Of a DNA stretch of 64,000 nt, positions 8,916 to 17,260 are shown piece by piece. The notes below the pieces were generated by a model. That model made no database searches, was not told the DNA's origin, and saw only the letters and a list, made by a program, of their open reading frames with translations. A program made the position numbers and the translations under genes. Source of the stretch: an uncultured Lentimicrobiaceae bacterium (GTDB lineage Bacteria; Bacteroidota; Bacteroidia; Bacteroidales; F082); assembly GCA_964549335.1 (NCBI GenBank), contig CAZJUQ010000054.1, positions 53,663 through 117,662 of the forward strand. The letters run 5' to 3'. The first letter of the stretch is position 1; every line of letters starts with the position of its first letter.

Positions 8916-9030
8916 TGTAGAATGACAACACACGCTATTTGCCTGTCCGGCAAGTTTTTATATTTTTTTGTGTAGAAGTGCGTTTCCGGTTTTGAGGGCA
9001 ACCAAAAAGGGTTGTAGAAAGCGTGTAGAG
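8916..9030 (+). repeat. four direct TGTAGA(A/G) copies in the regulator/sigma-factor intergenic region
   Basis: TGTAGAA at 8916, 8971 and 9013; TGTAGAG at 9024. The last two are 11 nt apart. Confidence 0.5.
8938..8970 (+). terminator. weak hairpin plus T-tract after the TPR/LuxR gene
   Basis: TTGCC-TGTCC-GGCAA (5-bp stem) followed by GTTTTTATATTTTTTT. Confidence 0.4.
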
Positions 9031-9062
9031 GTATTTTTTACACTTTTATCGTTTCATAACAT

Positions 9063-9070
9063 TACTTTTG
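9063..9070 (+). promoter_or_regulatory. candidate -7 box (TAnnTTTG)
   Basis: TACTTTTG, 44 nt upstream of ATG 9115. Confidence 0.45.
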
Positions 9071-9114
9071 AACCGTCGAATGATTAATATTTCATTTTTC
9101 ATAAAATTAAAAAA

Positions 9115-9696
9115 ATGAAAAGCAATTCCACGGAAGAGAAAGAAATAATATCCCGATGTATCAGCGGGGAACGGAAAGCACAATTTGAACTTTACCGTAT
9201 ATACTCCCCGAAAATGTATGGAATTTGCATGCGATACGCAAAAAACAAAACCGATGCCGAAGACATTTTACAAGAAGGATTCATTAAAGTTTTCAGATAT
9301 TTGAAAGATTACCGTGGCGAAGGTGCATTCGAAGGCTGGATACGCAGAATAATGATTACCACATCGCTCAACTTCTATAAAAAGAAAAACCTCGTTAATA
9401 AAGATGTGGACCCGGAAACCATAAGACTCCGGGGACTGTCGCATCCCGACGCAGTATCAAAAATGGCTCACGAAGAGTTGCTTTCATTAATTCAGGAGTT
9501 GCCTAACGGTTACAGGACGGTATTTAACCTGAACACCATCGAAGGATATTCGCATAAAGAGATTAGCGAAATACTCCAAATTTCGATAAACACATCAAAA
9601 TCACAACTATCGCGTGCCAAGTCGTCGTTAAAAGATAAAATTTCCAAAATGTTTTTACTGGAAAATGACGAGGTTAAACTTGCCTCGGTATTTTAA
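9115..9696 (+). CDS. ECF-type RNA polymerase sigma-70 family factor
   Basis: Region 2 (FELYRIYSPKMYGICMRYAKNKTDAEDILQEGFIKVF) and region 4 (GYSHKEISEILQISINTSKSQLSRAK) signatures; 193 aa. Confidence 0.9.
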   Translation: MKSNSTEEKEIISRCISGERKAQFELYRIYSPKMYGICMRYAKNKTDAEDILQEGFIKVFRYLKDYRGEGAFEGWIRRIMITTSLNFYKKKNLVNKDVDPETIRLRGLSHPDAVSKMAHEELLSLIQELPNGYRTVFNLNTIEGYSHKEISEILQISINTSKSQLSRAKSSLKDKISKMFLLENDEVKLASVF

Positions 9697-9761
9697 ATAT
9701 TACCCGGCGCATATTACATTCATTATTTATTTTAAATTTGTGGCTTTTTAAACCGTTAAGT

Positions 9762-11030
9762 ATGGAAAATTCTGTATCGAACAAAAAGAGTGATTATCTA
9801 ATGCCGATAATTATTATTGGGGTTTTGTTTTTTATATTCGGGTTTGTTACATGGCTTAATGCAACACTGATACCCTATTTAAAGACTGCCTGTGAACTAA
9901 CGACGTTTGAATCGTATCTTGTAACTTTTGCATTTTACATCTCATATTTTGTAATGTCGCTTCCTTCATCGAAAGTTTTGGAAAAGACAGGTTTTAAAAA
10001 CGGCATGGCGCTCGGGCTTGTGGTAATGGCAATAGGAGCGTTAATATTTATTCCCGCGGCATTAACCCGTACGTACTCGTGGTTTTTGGGCGGTTTGTTC
10101 GTACAGGGAACCGGATTGGCGCTTTTACAAACGGCGTCAAACCCTTACGTAACGATATTGGGACCAATCGAGAGTGCCGCAAAACGTATCAGCATTATGG
10201 GAGTTGCCAACAAGTTTGCCGGCATTCTAAGTCCTATTATTCTCGGTTCCATTGTATTGTCGGGCATTAACGAACTAAAAGAGAAACTTCCCGGAATGAC
10301 CGATGCCGCCCGCGAAGCTGCACTCGGTCAACTTTCACAAAAGGTTATCCTTCCCTATGTTGTTATGGCAATTGTTTTGGTACTTATGGCCGTTGCCGTC
10401 AGGTTTTCGACACTGCCCGAGGTGGAAGCCGAAGAAGAAGAGGGTAATGACGAGCCTGCCAAATCAAGCATTTTCGGTTTTCCATATTTTTGGTTGGGGG
10501 TTATCACACTATTCTTTTACCTTGGCGCCGAAGTTGTTTCCGTTGACACATTAATTAATTACGGGCTTTCGCTCGGGTTCGACATCAATCATGCTAAGTT
10601 TTTCTCCTCGTTTACCCTTATTGCAATGATTGTGGGGTATTTGGTAGGGATAATCACCATACCCAAATACATATCGCAACAAAATGCACTTAAATATTTT
10701 GCGGTTTTGGGATTTCTGTTTACGGCCGTTGCAGTTTTCACAACAGGTTATACATCGGTACTCTTTATTGCCGCACTCGGATTTGCCAACTCCATTATGT
10801 GGCCTGCCATATGGCCTTTGGCAATAGGAGGATTGGGAAAACATACCAAACTGGGCTCCGCATTTATGATTATGGCCATTGCGGGAGGAGCCACCATTCC
10901 ACTGTTGTACGGATATCTGGCCGATTTACCCTCTATAGGAAGCACAATGGCATATGCCATACTTCTGCCTTGCTATCTGATAATATTCTTTTTTGCCACC
11001 AAGGGTTATAAAGTGGGGAGAAAAATTTAA
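9762..11030 (+). CDS. MFS sugar transporter, FucP/GluP (fucose or glucose/galactose:H+ symporter) family
   Basis: FFIFGFVTWLNATLIPYLKTACELT...YFVMSLPSSKVLEKTGFKNGM matches the FHS-family N-terminus; 12 TM-like segments. The ORF track starts at a TTG (9738); the first ATG is at 9762. Confidence 0.85.
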   Translation: MENSVSNKKSDYLMPIIIIGVLFFIFGFVTWLNATLIPYLKTACELTTFESYLVTFAFYISYFVMSLPSSKVLEKTGFKNGMALGLVVMAIGALIFIPAALTRTYSWFLGGLFVQGTGLALLQTASNPYVTILGPIESAAKRISIMGVANKFAGILSPIILGSIVLSGINELKEKLPGMTDAAREAALGQLSQKVILPYVVMAIVLVLMAVAVRFSTLPEVEAEEEEGNDEPAKSSIFGFPYFWLGVITLFFYLGAEVVSVDTLINYGLSLGFDINHAKFFSSFTLIAMIVGYLVGIITIPKYISQQNALKYFAVLGFLFTAVAVFTTGYTSVLFIAALGFANSIMWPAIWPLAIGGLGKHTKLGSAFMIMAIAGGATIPLLYGYLADLPSIGSTMAYAILLPCYLIIFFFATKGYKVGRKI

Positions 11031-12406
11031 AACGCTTTACCTGTTAACTCTTCGGGATTAAAAGGAACGAAATTCATGATGTCTTCGTGCAAGTCGTCCG
11101 CCATGCCACTGTACGAAACATTGGTTGACAGCGCCCATGTTGCTGCCTCCGTATTTTTGGTAGCCCGCAAAGTTTCAATAAATTTCCGCATTATCGTCTT
11201 TTTCCCGTACAAAACTTTCCACGTTTCCAACATCTCTTGATATAGTTCTTTTCGTGTCATTTTTGCCGGTTTAAAAGTAACATCCTCAACACTGTAATAT
11301 TCCCAGTCAGCCGGATAGTCGTTTTTTATTATCCTGTTTGCCTCCTTAAACTCTTCGAATATTTTTGTTCCGGGCATAGGAGTTAATATTCCCAATTGAT
11401 AGGCATCGATATTACTGTTCAGGATATACTCCCTCCTGTCGATGATATCCTGTTTCGTATCGGTATCCAAGCCGAAAATAAAGGAGCCGAGAACAGCTAT
11501 TCCGGCTTTATGAATTTTATCAAAAGCCTCACGGTAATAATCGGTGCCAAGGTTTGCATTTAGTCTTTTGTTAATACTTTTAAGGGCATTTATTTTTTCC
11601 GACTCTATGCCTATAAAAACCAATTTACAACCACTTTGAGCGGCAAGCGACAACAGTTCTTCGTCGTCGGCAAAGTTTATCGAAGCCTGGCTCCACCACG
11701 ATTTTTTTATCCCCCTGTCAATCATTCCTCTAAAAATTGCCTTTGCATGTTCCTTTGATTGCTTGGAATAACCGATAATATTGTCGTCTATAAAAAAGAG
11801 TTTTTTTTGCGGCACCATTTCAATATTGTCCAAAACCGCTTCCACGGGACGCATGCGGTATCTCTTTCCGTTAAATATCGTTACCGTACAAAAATCGCAA
11901 TTAAAAGGGCAACCGCGCGTGGTAAAAACCGAACCCACTTCGTAATTGTCATTAAAAATATCGTATCTCGGCAACGGCATACGGTCAAGAGGTAATTTTT
12001 CGCCGTAATATATATGTTTCAGATTTCCGTTTTCAAAATCTTTCAAAAGTGAGGGCCAAACGCTTTCGCCTTCGCCAACAACCACCGTATCAACATATTT
12101 CAATGCTTCTTGCGGCAACATTGAGGCATGAATCCCTCCCATAACAACGGGAATCTTCTTTTTACGGTATTCGCCCGCAATTTTGTAAGCACGGTTTGCC
12201 GATGATGTATATGCCGTAATACCTACCAAATCGGCTTCTCTAAAACTGAAATCGTCGAAATTTTCATCAACAAGTTCAATTTCATAACTGCCGGGGGTTA
12301 AAGCCGACAAAATACCGTAAACCAAAGGTACATATTTGGTGTTTTTATTTCTGACAAAACCTTTTCGCAGTTTGGAAACGGGATTGATAAATACTATTTT
12401 TTTCAT
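11027..12406 (-). CDS. B12-binding-domain radical SAM protein (paralog 3 of 3)
   Basis: N-terminal B12-binding-like Rossmann segment (VGITAYTSSANRAYKIAGEYRKKKIPVVMGGIHAS), then TTRGCPFNCDFCTV (CxxxCxxC). ATGA overlap with paralog 2. Confidence 0.85.
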   Translation of the reverse strand: MKKIVFINPVSKLRKGFVRNKNTKYVPLVYGILSALTPGSYEIELVDENFDDFSFREADLVGITAYTSSANRAYKIAGEYRKKKIPVVMGGIHASMLPQEALKYVDTVVVGEGESVWPSLLKDFENGNLKHIYYGEKLPLDRMPLPRYDIFNDNYEVGSVFTTRGCPFNCDFCTVTIFNGKRYRMRPVEAVLDNIEMVPQKKLFFIDDNIIGYSKQSKEHAKAIFRGMIDRGIKKSWWSQASINFADDEELLSLAAQSGCKLVFIGIESEKINALKSINKRLNANLGTDYYREAFDKIHKAGIAVLGSFIFGLDTDTKQDIIDRREYILNSNIDAYQLGILTPMPGTKIFEEFKEANRIIKNDYPADWEYYSVEDVTFKPAKMTRKELYQEMLETWKVLYGKKTIMRKFIETLRATKNTEAATWALSTNVSYSGMADDLHEDIMNFVPFNPEELTGKAF

Positions 12407-13797
12407 GCTAACTTTTTGTCAAAGACACCGCCGAAAGGTACGGTAGTTGCAATGATTTCGGGGTCGAAAAAATATCCGGTACCTTCAAAAATGGTATTAG
12501 CATAATTTGCATTCGTATAAAGTGTCCACATTGCCGTTCTGGCATCTTTTGTCTCTTTGAGGGTCATTTTAAACTTTTGCAAAAGGTTTTTGGGGTCGTA
12601 AATTCTACCCCAAGCCGTTCTTAATTCCTCGGTCAACTCTTCGTGGGTCATTTTTGCAGGTTTAATAACGTTTTCAAAAAACCTGAAACGTTGCCAATCT
12701 TTGGGAAAATCGGTATAATGGATACGGTTTTCTTTTAAAAACTTGTAATAGGTGCCTGTCCCCGGAAAAGGGGTTAACACCGTGGTTTGAAAAGCATCCA
12801 CATTTGAATTGATAATAAAATCGGCGCGGTTTTGCAAATCCTGTTTACTGTCGGTATCAAGACCGAAAATAAAGGTGCCGAGAACAGCTATTCCGTAATC
12901 GTGAATTTTACGGAAAATGTCGTTATAGTTTTGCACACCCACTTTCTGATTAAGGTCTTTTTTTGTCTCTTCGAGGGCTTCAATTTTTTCCGACTCGACA
13001 CCTATCAACACCATTTTACATCCTGTTTCGTGCGCCAGTTCCAGTATTTCGTCATTATCGGCAAAATTTATTGATGCCTGGGTAAACCACTCCTTTTTTA
13101 TTCCTCTCTCTTTCATTCCTCTTAACAACTCTATTGTTCTTTGCATGGAACGTTTACTGTAACCAATCAAATTATCGTCAACAAAAAAGAGATTCGGTTT
13201 GGTGGTTTTTTCCAACTCGTCAAGGATATCGTTTACGGGACGTTGACGGTATGCCGTACCGTTAAAGGCATGCACGGTACAAAAATCGCAACGCCAAGGA
13301 CATCCCCTTGTGGTTTGAATGGTATCGAAGGCATATTTCGGGTGAAAAAGGTCGTGACGGGCATGAACCAACTTGTCAGCTTTTAATCTTACCCCGTTAT
13401 ATCTTTTTTTAAGATTATTGTTTTCGAAATCCTTTAATACGGTTTGCCAAACACTTTCGGCTTCACCGGCAACAACCACGTCAACATATTTTTCAGCCTC
13501 TTCGGGAATCATCGAAGCATGAATGCCACCCATAACCACCGGCACATTTTGTTTGCGGTAAATTTCGGCTATCTGATATGCACGGTAAGCATTTCCCGTA
13601 AAAGCTGTCAGCCCAACAAAATCGGCTTCTTTATATTCAAAATCGTCAAAGTTTTCATCAAAAATCTCAACTTCCCAATTGTCGGGTGTCAATGTCGCCA
13701 AAATACCGAGACCAAGCGGCGGGTAATTGGAAAACTCGTAGTTCAGCAAACCTGTTTTTAAATAGTTGCGAGGATTAATTAACAGTAACTTTTTCAT
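12403..13797 (-). CDS. B12-binding-domain radical SAM protein (paralog 2 of 3)
   Basis: VGLTAFTGNAYRAYQIAEIYRKQNVPVVMGGIHAS and TTRGCPWRCDFCTV. Collinear with both neighbours along the full length. Confidence 0.85.
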   Translation of the reverse strand: MKKLLLINPRNYLKTGLLNYEFSNYPPLGLGILATLTPDNWEVEIFDENFDDFEYKEADFVGLTAFTGNAYRAYQIAEIYRKQNVPVVMGGIHASMIPEEAEKYVDVVVAGEAESVWQTVLKDFENNNLKKRYNGVRLKADKLVHARHDLFHPKYAFDTIQTTRGCPWRCDFCTVHAFNGTAYRQRPVNDILDELEKTTKPNLFFVDDNLIGYSKRSMQRTIELLRGMKERGIKKEWFTQASINFADNDEILELAHETGCKMVLIGVESEKIEALEETKKDLNQKVGVQNYNDIFRKIHDYGIAVLGTFIFGLDTDSKQDLQNRADFIINSNVDAFQTTVLTPFPGTGTYYKFLKENRIHYTDFPKDWQRFRFFENVIKPAKMTHEELTEELRTAWGRIYDPKNLLQKFKMTLKETKDARTAMWTLYTNANYANTIFEGTGYFFDPEIIATTVPFGGVFDKKLA

Positions 13798-13804
13798 TTG
13801 CTAT

Positions 13805-15178
13805 CTATATTGATTTTTTAAATACTTCATCCAATTTTATATGCTTTTTCAGGTCTGTTTCGAAAGCCATATTATGGTAATGGACATTTGCCGAAAAAGC
13901 CCACAATGCCGTTTTAGGGTCTTTTGTAACCTTCAATGTACGTAACATCAACTGCATAAGCCTTTTGCTGTCGTATATCTTTTCCGCCGCTTCGGTAACA
14001 ACCTCTTTCAGTTTCCGGGCAGTCATGTTCTTAGGTTTAATAACGATATCGCCACCCCAGTAGTTTTCCCAGTCGGCGGGATAACCGGTTGCGGTAAGCC
14101 TCCCCTCTTTTAGAAAATCGTCATAAGTTTTTGTGCCGGGGAAAGGTGTTAATATGGATATTTGAACCGCATCGATATTTGAGTTTAAAATATATTCCGT
14201 ACGGTTTTTAATATCTTGAACGGTATCGGTATCGAGCCCCATAATAAAGGTACCCAAAACACTGATTCCGTGTTTTTGAATAACAGAAAATATTTTTTGA
14301 TAATTATCAACTCCTGCTTTTAAATTCGAACGTTTGTTCATACTTTGCAAGGCGTCGGTTTTTTCCGATTCGACACCGATAAGTACCAAACGGCAACCGG
14401 CTTTGTAAGCCAAATCGAGCAACTCCTCATCTTCGCCGAAATTTATGGAAGCCTGACAAAACCACTCCTTGTTTATCCCCATATCTATCATTCCTTTAAA
14501 AATAGCCTTTGCATGGTCTCTTGCCGGCTTGTTGTATCCCACAATATTGTCGTCGACAAAGAAAAAACGTTCGGCATTCATAACTTTCAATTCATAAAGG
14601 ACATCATCAACCGGACGCATGCGGTACGCCTTGCCGTTAAACACGGGAACCGAACAAAATTCGCAGTTCATCGGACAACCGCGTGTGGTTTGTATTGAGT
14701 CTATTACATACTCTTTGTTGAAAAGGTCGTGGCGGGCAACGGGCATCTTATCCAAAGATATTAATCCGCCGGAATAGCGTTTTTTCAATATTCCCGACTC
14801 AAAATCGGAGATTATATTTTTCCATGTGGCTTCGGCTTCGCCAATGGCAACAACATCCACATATTTTTCGGCTTCGTCGGGCAGCATCGATGCATGGATA
14901 CCGCCCATCACCACGGGAATTTTTTTATCGCGATATGCCAATGCTATTTCGTATGCCCTCTTTGCCGTTGATGTAAAAGCGGTTATCCCTACAATATCGG
15001 CATCTTCGTAAACAAAATCCTCAAAATTCTCATCAATGAGTTTTACCTCCCAATCATCCGGTGTTAACGCGGCTACTATTCCAAGACCGAGAGGCGGATA
15101 CCTCGACTCCTTATCAATAAGAAAACCAATGCGATGACGACTACGCGGATTTATTAACAAAAGTTTTTTCTTAGACAT
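13805..15178 (-). CDS. B12-binding-domain radical SAM protein (paralog 1 of 3)
   Basis: VGITAFTSTAKRAYEIALAYRDKKIPVVMGGIHAS and TTRGCPMNCEFCSV. The ORF track starts at a TTG (15202); ATG 15178 gives MSKKKLLLINPR, matching the paralog N-termini. Confidence 0.85.
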   Translation of the reverse strand: MSKKKLLLINPRSRHRIGFLIDKESRYPPLGLGIVAALTPDDWEVKLIDENFEDFVYEDADIVGITAFTSTAKRAYEIALAYRDKKIPVVMGGIHASMLPDEAEKYVDVVAIGEAEATWKNIISDFESGILKKRYSGGLISLDKMPVARHDLFNKEYVIDSIQTTRGCPMNCEFCSVPVFNGKAYRMRPVDDVLYELKVMNAERFFFVDDNIVGYNKPARDHAKAIFKGMIDMGINKEWFCQASINFGEDEELLDLAYKAGCRLVLIGVESEKTDALQSMNKRSNLKAGVDNYQKIFSVIQKHGISVLGTFIMGLDTDTVQDIKNRTEYILNSNIDAVQISILTPFPGTKTYDDFLKEGRLTATGYPADWENYWGGDIVIKPKNMTARKLKEVVTEAAEKIYDSKRLMQLMLRTLKVTKDPKTALWAFSANVHYHNMAFETDLKKHIKLDEVFKKSI

Positions 15179-15252
15179 ACAACCCTTTTCCAAAGGCTGC
15201 AAAGATATTAATATATGTTAAAAGGTTAAATGTTTTGTGAAAATTATCAATT

Positions 15253-15260
15253 CAAACATA
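15253..15260 (-). promoter_or_regulatory. candidate -7 box (TAnnTTTG) for the triple radical SAM operon
   Basis: Minus strand TATGTTTG, 74 nt upstream of ATG 15178. Confidence 0.4.
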
Positions 15261-15363
15261 TTAAAACACGAAAAACCTTTAACGTCATACTAAAGCCGTA
15301 ACAATAAGTGCCGTTTTCCCGCATTATCTCCGTTTCAAATTAAGAGCGAACTGAAAAATAGAT

Positions 15364-15371
15364 TAGTTTTG
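15364..15371 (+). promoter_or_regulatory. candidate -7 box (TAnnTTTG) for the ACP-GT2-GNAT operon
   Basis: TAGTTTTG, 18 nt upstream of ATG 15390. Confidence 0.45.
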
Positions 15372-15389
15372 TGCTCAAAAAAATCAGAG

Positions 15390-15650
15390 ATGAATATTGA
15401 AGAATTTATTAAAAAGATAGAAGCCGAATTTCCCGATTTGCAAAAAGGAGTCCTGAAACCTGAAACAAGGTTTCGCGACGAAGTCGAGTGGGATTCGATA
15501 AATGCACTGGTTATTATTGCCATGATAAACATAGAATACGATGTAACCATTACGGCCGAAGAGCTTATTAACGCCGAAACCGTTCAGGATGTTTACGATA
15601 TTGTTGAAAAGAAGGTTCTGGAAAACAAGGAAAAAGAAACTGACGCATAA
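15390..15650 (+). CDS. acyl/peptidyl carrier protein-like (phosphopantetheine attachment) protein
   Basis: 86 aa. EVEWDSINALVIIAMI contains the DS(L/I) Ser attachment motif in the expected helix-2 position. The ORF track starts at a TTG (15369). Confidence 0.7.
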   Translation: MNIEEFIKKIEAEFPDLQKGVLKPETRFRDEVEWDSINALVIIAMINIEYDVTITAEELINAETVQDVYDIVEKKVLENKEKETDA

Positions 15651-15664
15651 AAAAACATACCGTC

Positions 15665-16582
15665 GTGGTCGATTATTCAGTTGTAATACCGGTTTTTAAC
15701 AGCGAAAACACCTTGGAGGAAATCCATGAAAGGACATTAAAGGTTTTTGAGCAACTGGACAAAAGTGTGCAATTTGTTTTTGTTGACGACGGCAGTCTCG
15801 ACACAAGTTGGGATGTACTTTTAAAGATAAAAGATAAAAATCGGGACAACGTAACAATAATCAGGTTAAACAAAAATTACGGTCAGCACAATGCAACATT
15901 TTGCGGCATACAGCACGCAAAAGGCGAAACCATTATTACCATGGACGACGATTTGCAACATCCTCCCGAAGAGATAACAAAGTTGATAGCACGAAGAGAG
16001 GAGCGGAAAAGCGAACTCGTTTACGGTTTTTTCAACAAAAAAAAGCATTCGATGTACCGCAATTTGGGCAGCCGATTGGTAAGAAAAACGGCGGAACGGT
16101 TTCTCGACCGTCCCGAGCAGGTTTCATCGTTCAGGCTTATCAGCAGAACCGTTACCGAAAAAATTTTGCAGCATAACAGAAATTTTATCTTTATTGACGA
16201 ACTTCTGTGGTGGTACACCGACGAAATTGACTTTGCCTACGTTGAACATCACAAAAGAAAATACAAAAAATCGGGTTACACTTACGGCGCACTTTGGAAG
16301 TTTATGACCAATATGATGATATATTATACCAACTTCCCGTTGCGTCTTATGGTATATACCGGACTTCTTTTCTCGGTTTTCTTTTTTGCCGTTACAATAT
16401 ATTATCTGCTTGCCAAAATATTTTATGATGTGCCGCTCGGTTATACCTCAATAATAGTAAGCATATTGTTTTCGACCAGTTTGATACTTTTCAGCCTCGG
16501 TGTCATTGGCGAATATATCAGCAGACTATACACTTTTCAAAACCAAAAACCCCCCTTTATCATCAAAGAGATTAAAGAATGA
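15665..16582 (+). CDS. family 2 glycosyltransferase, GtrB/ArnC-like polyprenyl-phosphate glycosyltransferase
   Basis: YSVVIPVFNSE...FVFVDDGSLDTS...NYGQHNATFCGIQHAKGETIITMDDDLQHPPEE plus two C-terminal TM helices. GTG start. Confidence 0.85.
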   Translation: MVDYSVVIPVFNSENTLEEIHERTLKVFEQLDKSVQFVFVDDGSLDTSWDVLLKIKDKNRDNVTIIRLNKNYGQHNATFCGIQHAKGETIITMDDDLQHPPEEITKLIARREERKSELVYGFFNKKKHSMYRNLGSRLVRKTAERFLDRPEQVSSFRLISRTVTEKILQHNRNFIFIDELLWWYTDEIDFAYVEHHKRKYKKSGYTYGALWKFMTNMMIYYTNFPLRLMVYTGLLFSVFFFAVTIYYLLAKIFYDVPLGYTSIIVSILFSTSLILFSLGVIGEYISRLYTFQNQKPPFIIKEIKE

Positions 16583-17256
16583 AGGTAGAAACAAACGGTA
16601 TAATGATAGAGCGCCTCCAAGAAAAAGATATTGAACTGGTAAGAGAATGGCGCAATTCGGATTACATTCGCAATTTTATGAACTTCAGGGAATATATTAC
16701 TCCCGAAATGCAAAAAAAATGGTTCGAAAGCATAAACAACTTTAACAATTTTTATTTTATCATCCACTACAAGGGTAAAAAAGTAGGTTTGGGAAACATT
16801 AAAAACGTTAATTGGGAAGAGCGTTCGGGCGAAGCAGGTGTGTTTGTCGTCGACAAAAACTTACTGGGATCGTTTTTACCCGTTGTGGGAGCATTAACCA
16901 TGAGTTCTCTCGTCTTCGATATCTTCGATTTCCATAAACTGTATGCCCAAATCAGAGTGGATAATAAACGGGCAAAAAAGTTCAACCGTGTATTCGGCTA
17001 CAAAATGTTGCCCGGCGAAGAGAATAAAGAGAGTCAAATGCACATTTTATCAAAAGAGGATTTTTACAAAAGCACGAAAAAGTTCTTTATTTTGATGAAG
17101 ACAATGGGGTTCAGCACAAAAAACCTTAAAATAGTAATAGAACCCGTCGATTTTGAAACCGATTTTGCAGAACGCATTATTAAACTCATAGAACAATCGC
17201 CCTTACTTTTCGACGTAAAAAGAACGGGAAACGAGATTATTTACACCGAGGTATAA
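16579..17256 (+). CDS. GNAT family N-acetyltransferase, PseH-like
   Basis: IERLQEKDIELVREWRNSDYIRNFM resembles the WRN motif of PseH-type amino-sugar acetyltransferases. ATGA overlap with the GT2 stop. Confidence 0.7.
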   Translation: MKVETNGIMIERLQEKDIELVREWRNSDYIRNFMNFREYITPEMQKKWFESINNFNNFYFIIHYKGKKVGLGNIKNVNWEERSGEAGVFVVDKNLLGSFLPVVGALTMSSLVFDIFDFHKLYAQIRVDNKRAKKFNRVFGYKMLPGEENKESQMHILSKEDFYKSTKKFFILMKTMGFSTKNLKIVIEPVDFETDFAERIIKLIEQSPLLFDVKRTGNEIIYTEV

Positions 17257-17260
17257 ACCG

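Noticed and set aside
11027-11030. Overlapping convergent stop codons (TTTAAA) of the MFS transporter and radical SAM paralog 3
   Set aside because: It is a trivial consequence of TAA/TTA complementarity. No hairpin or other structure is associated with it.
15179-15389. Cobalamin riboswitch or RiPP precursor ORF in the leader of the B12-radical SAM operon
   Set aside because: The leader has no B12-box-like GCCACTG core and is AT-rich and unstructured by eye. No short ORF with a plausible start is present between the divergent genes.
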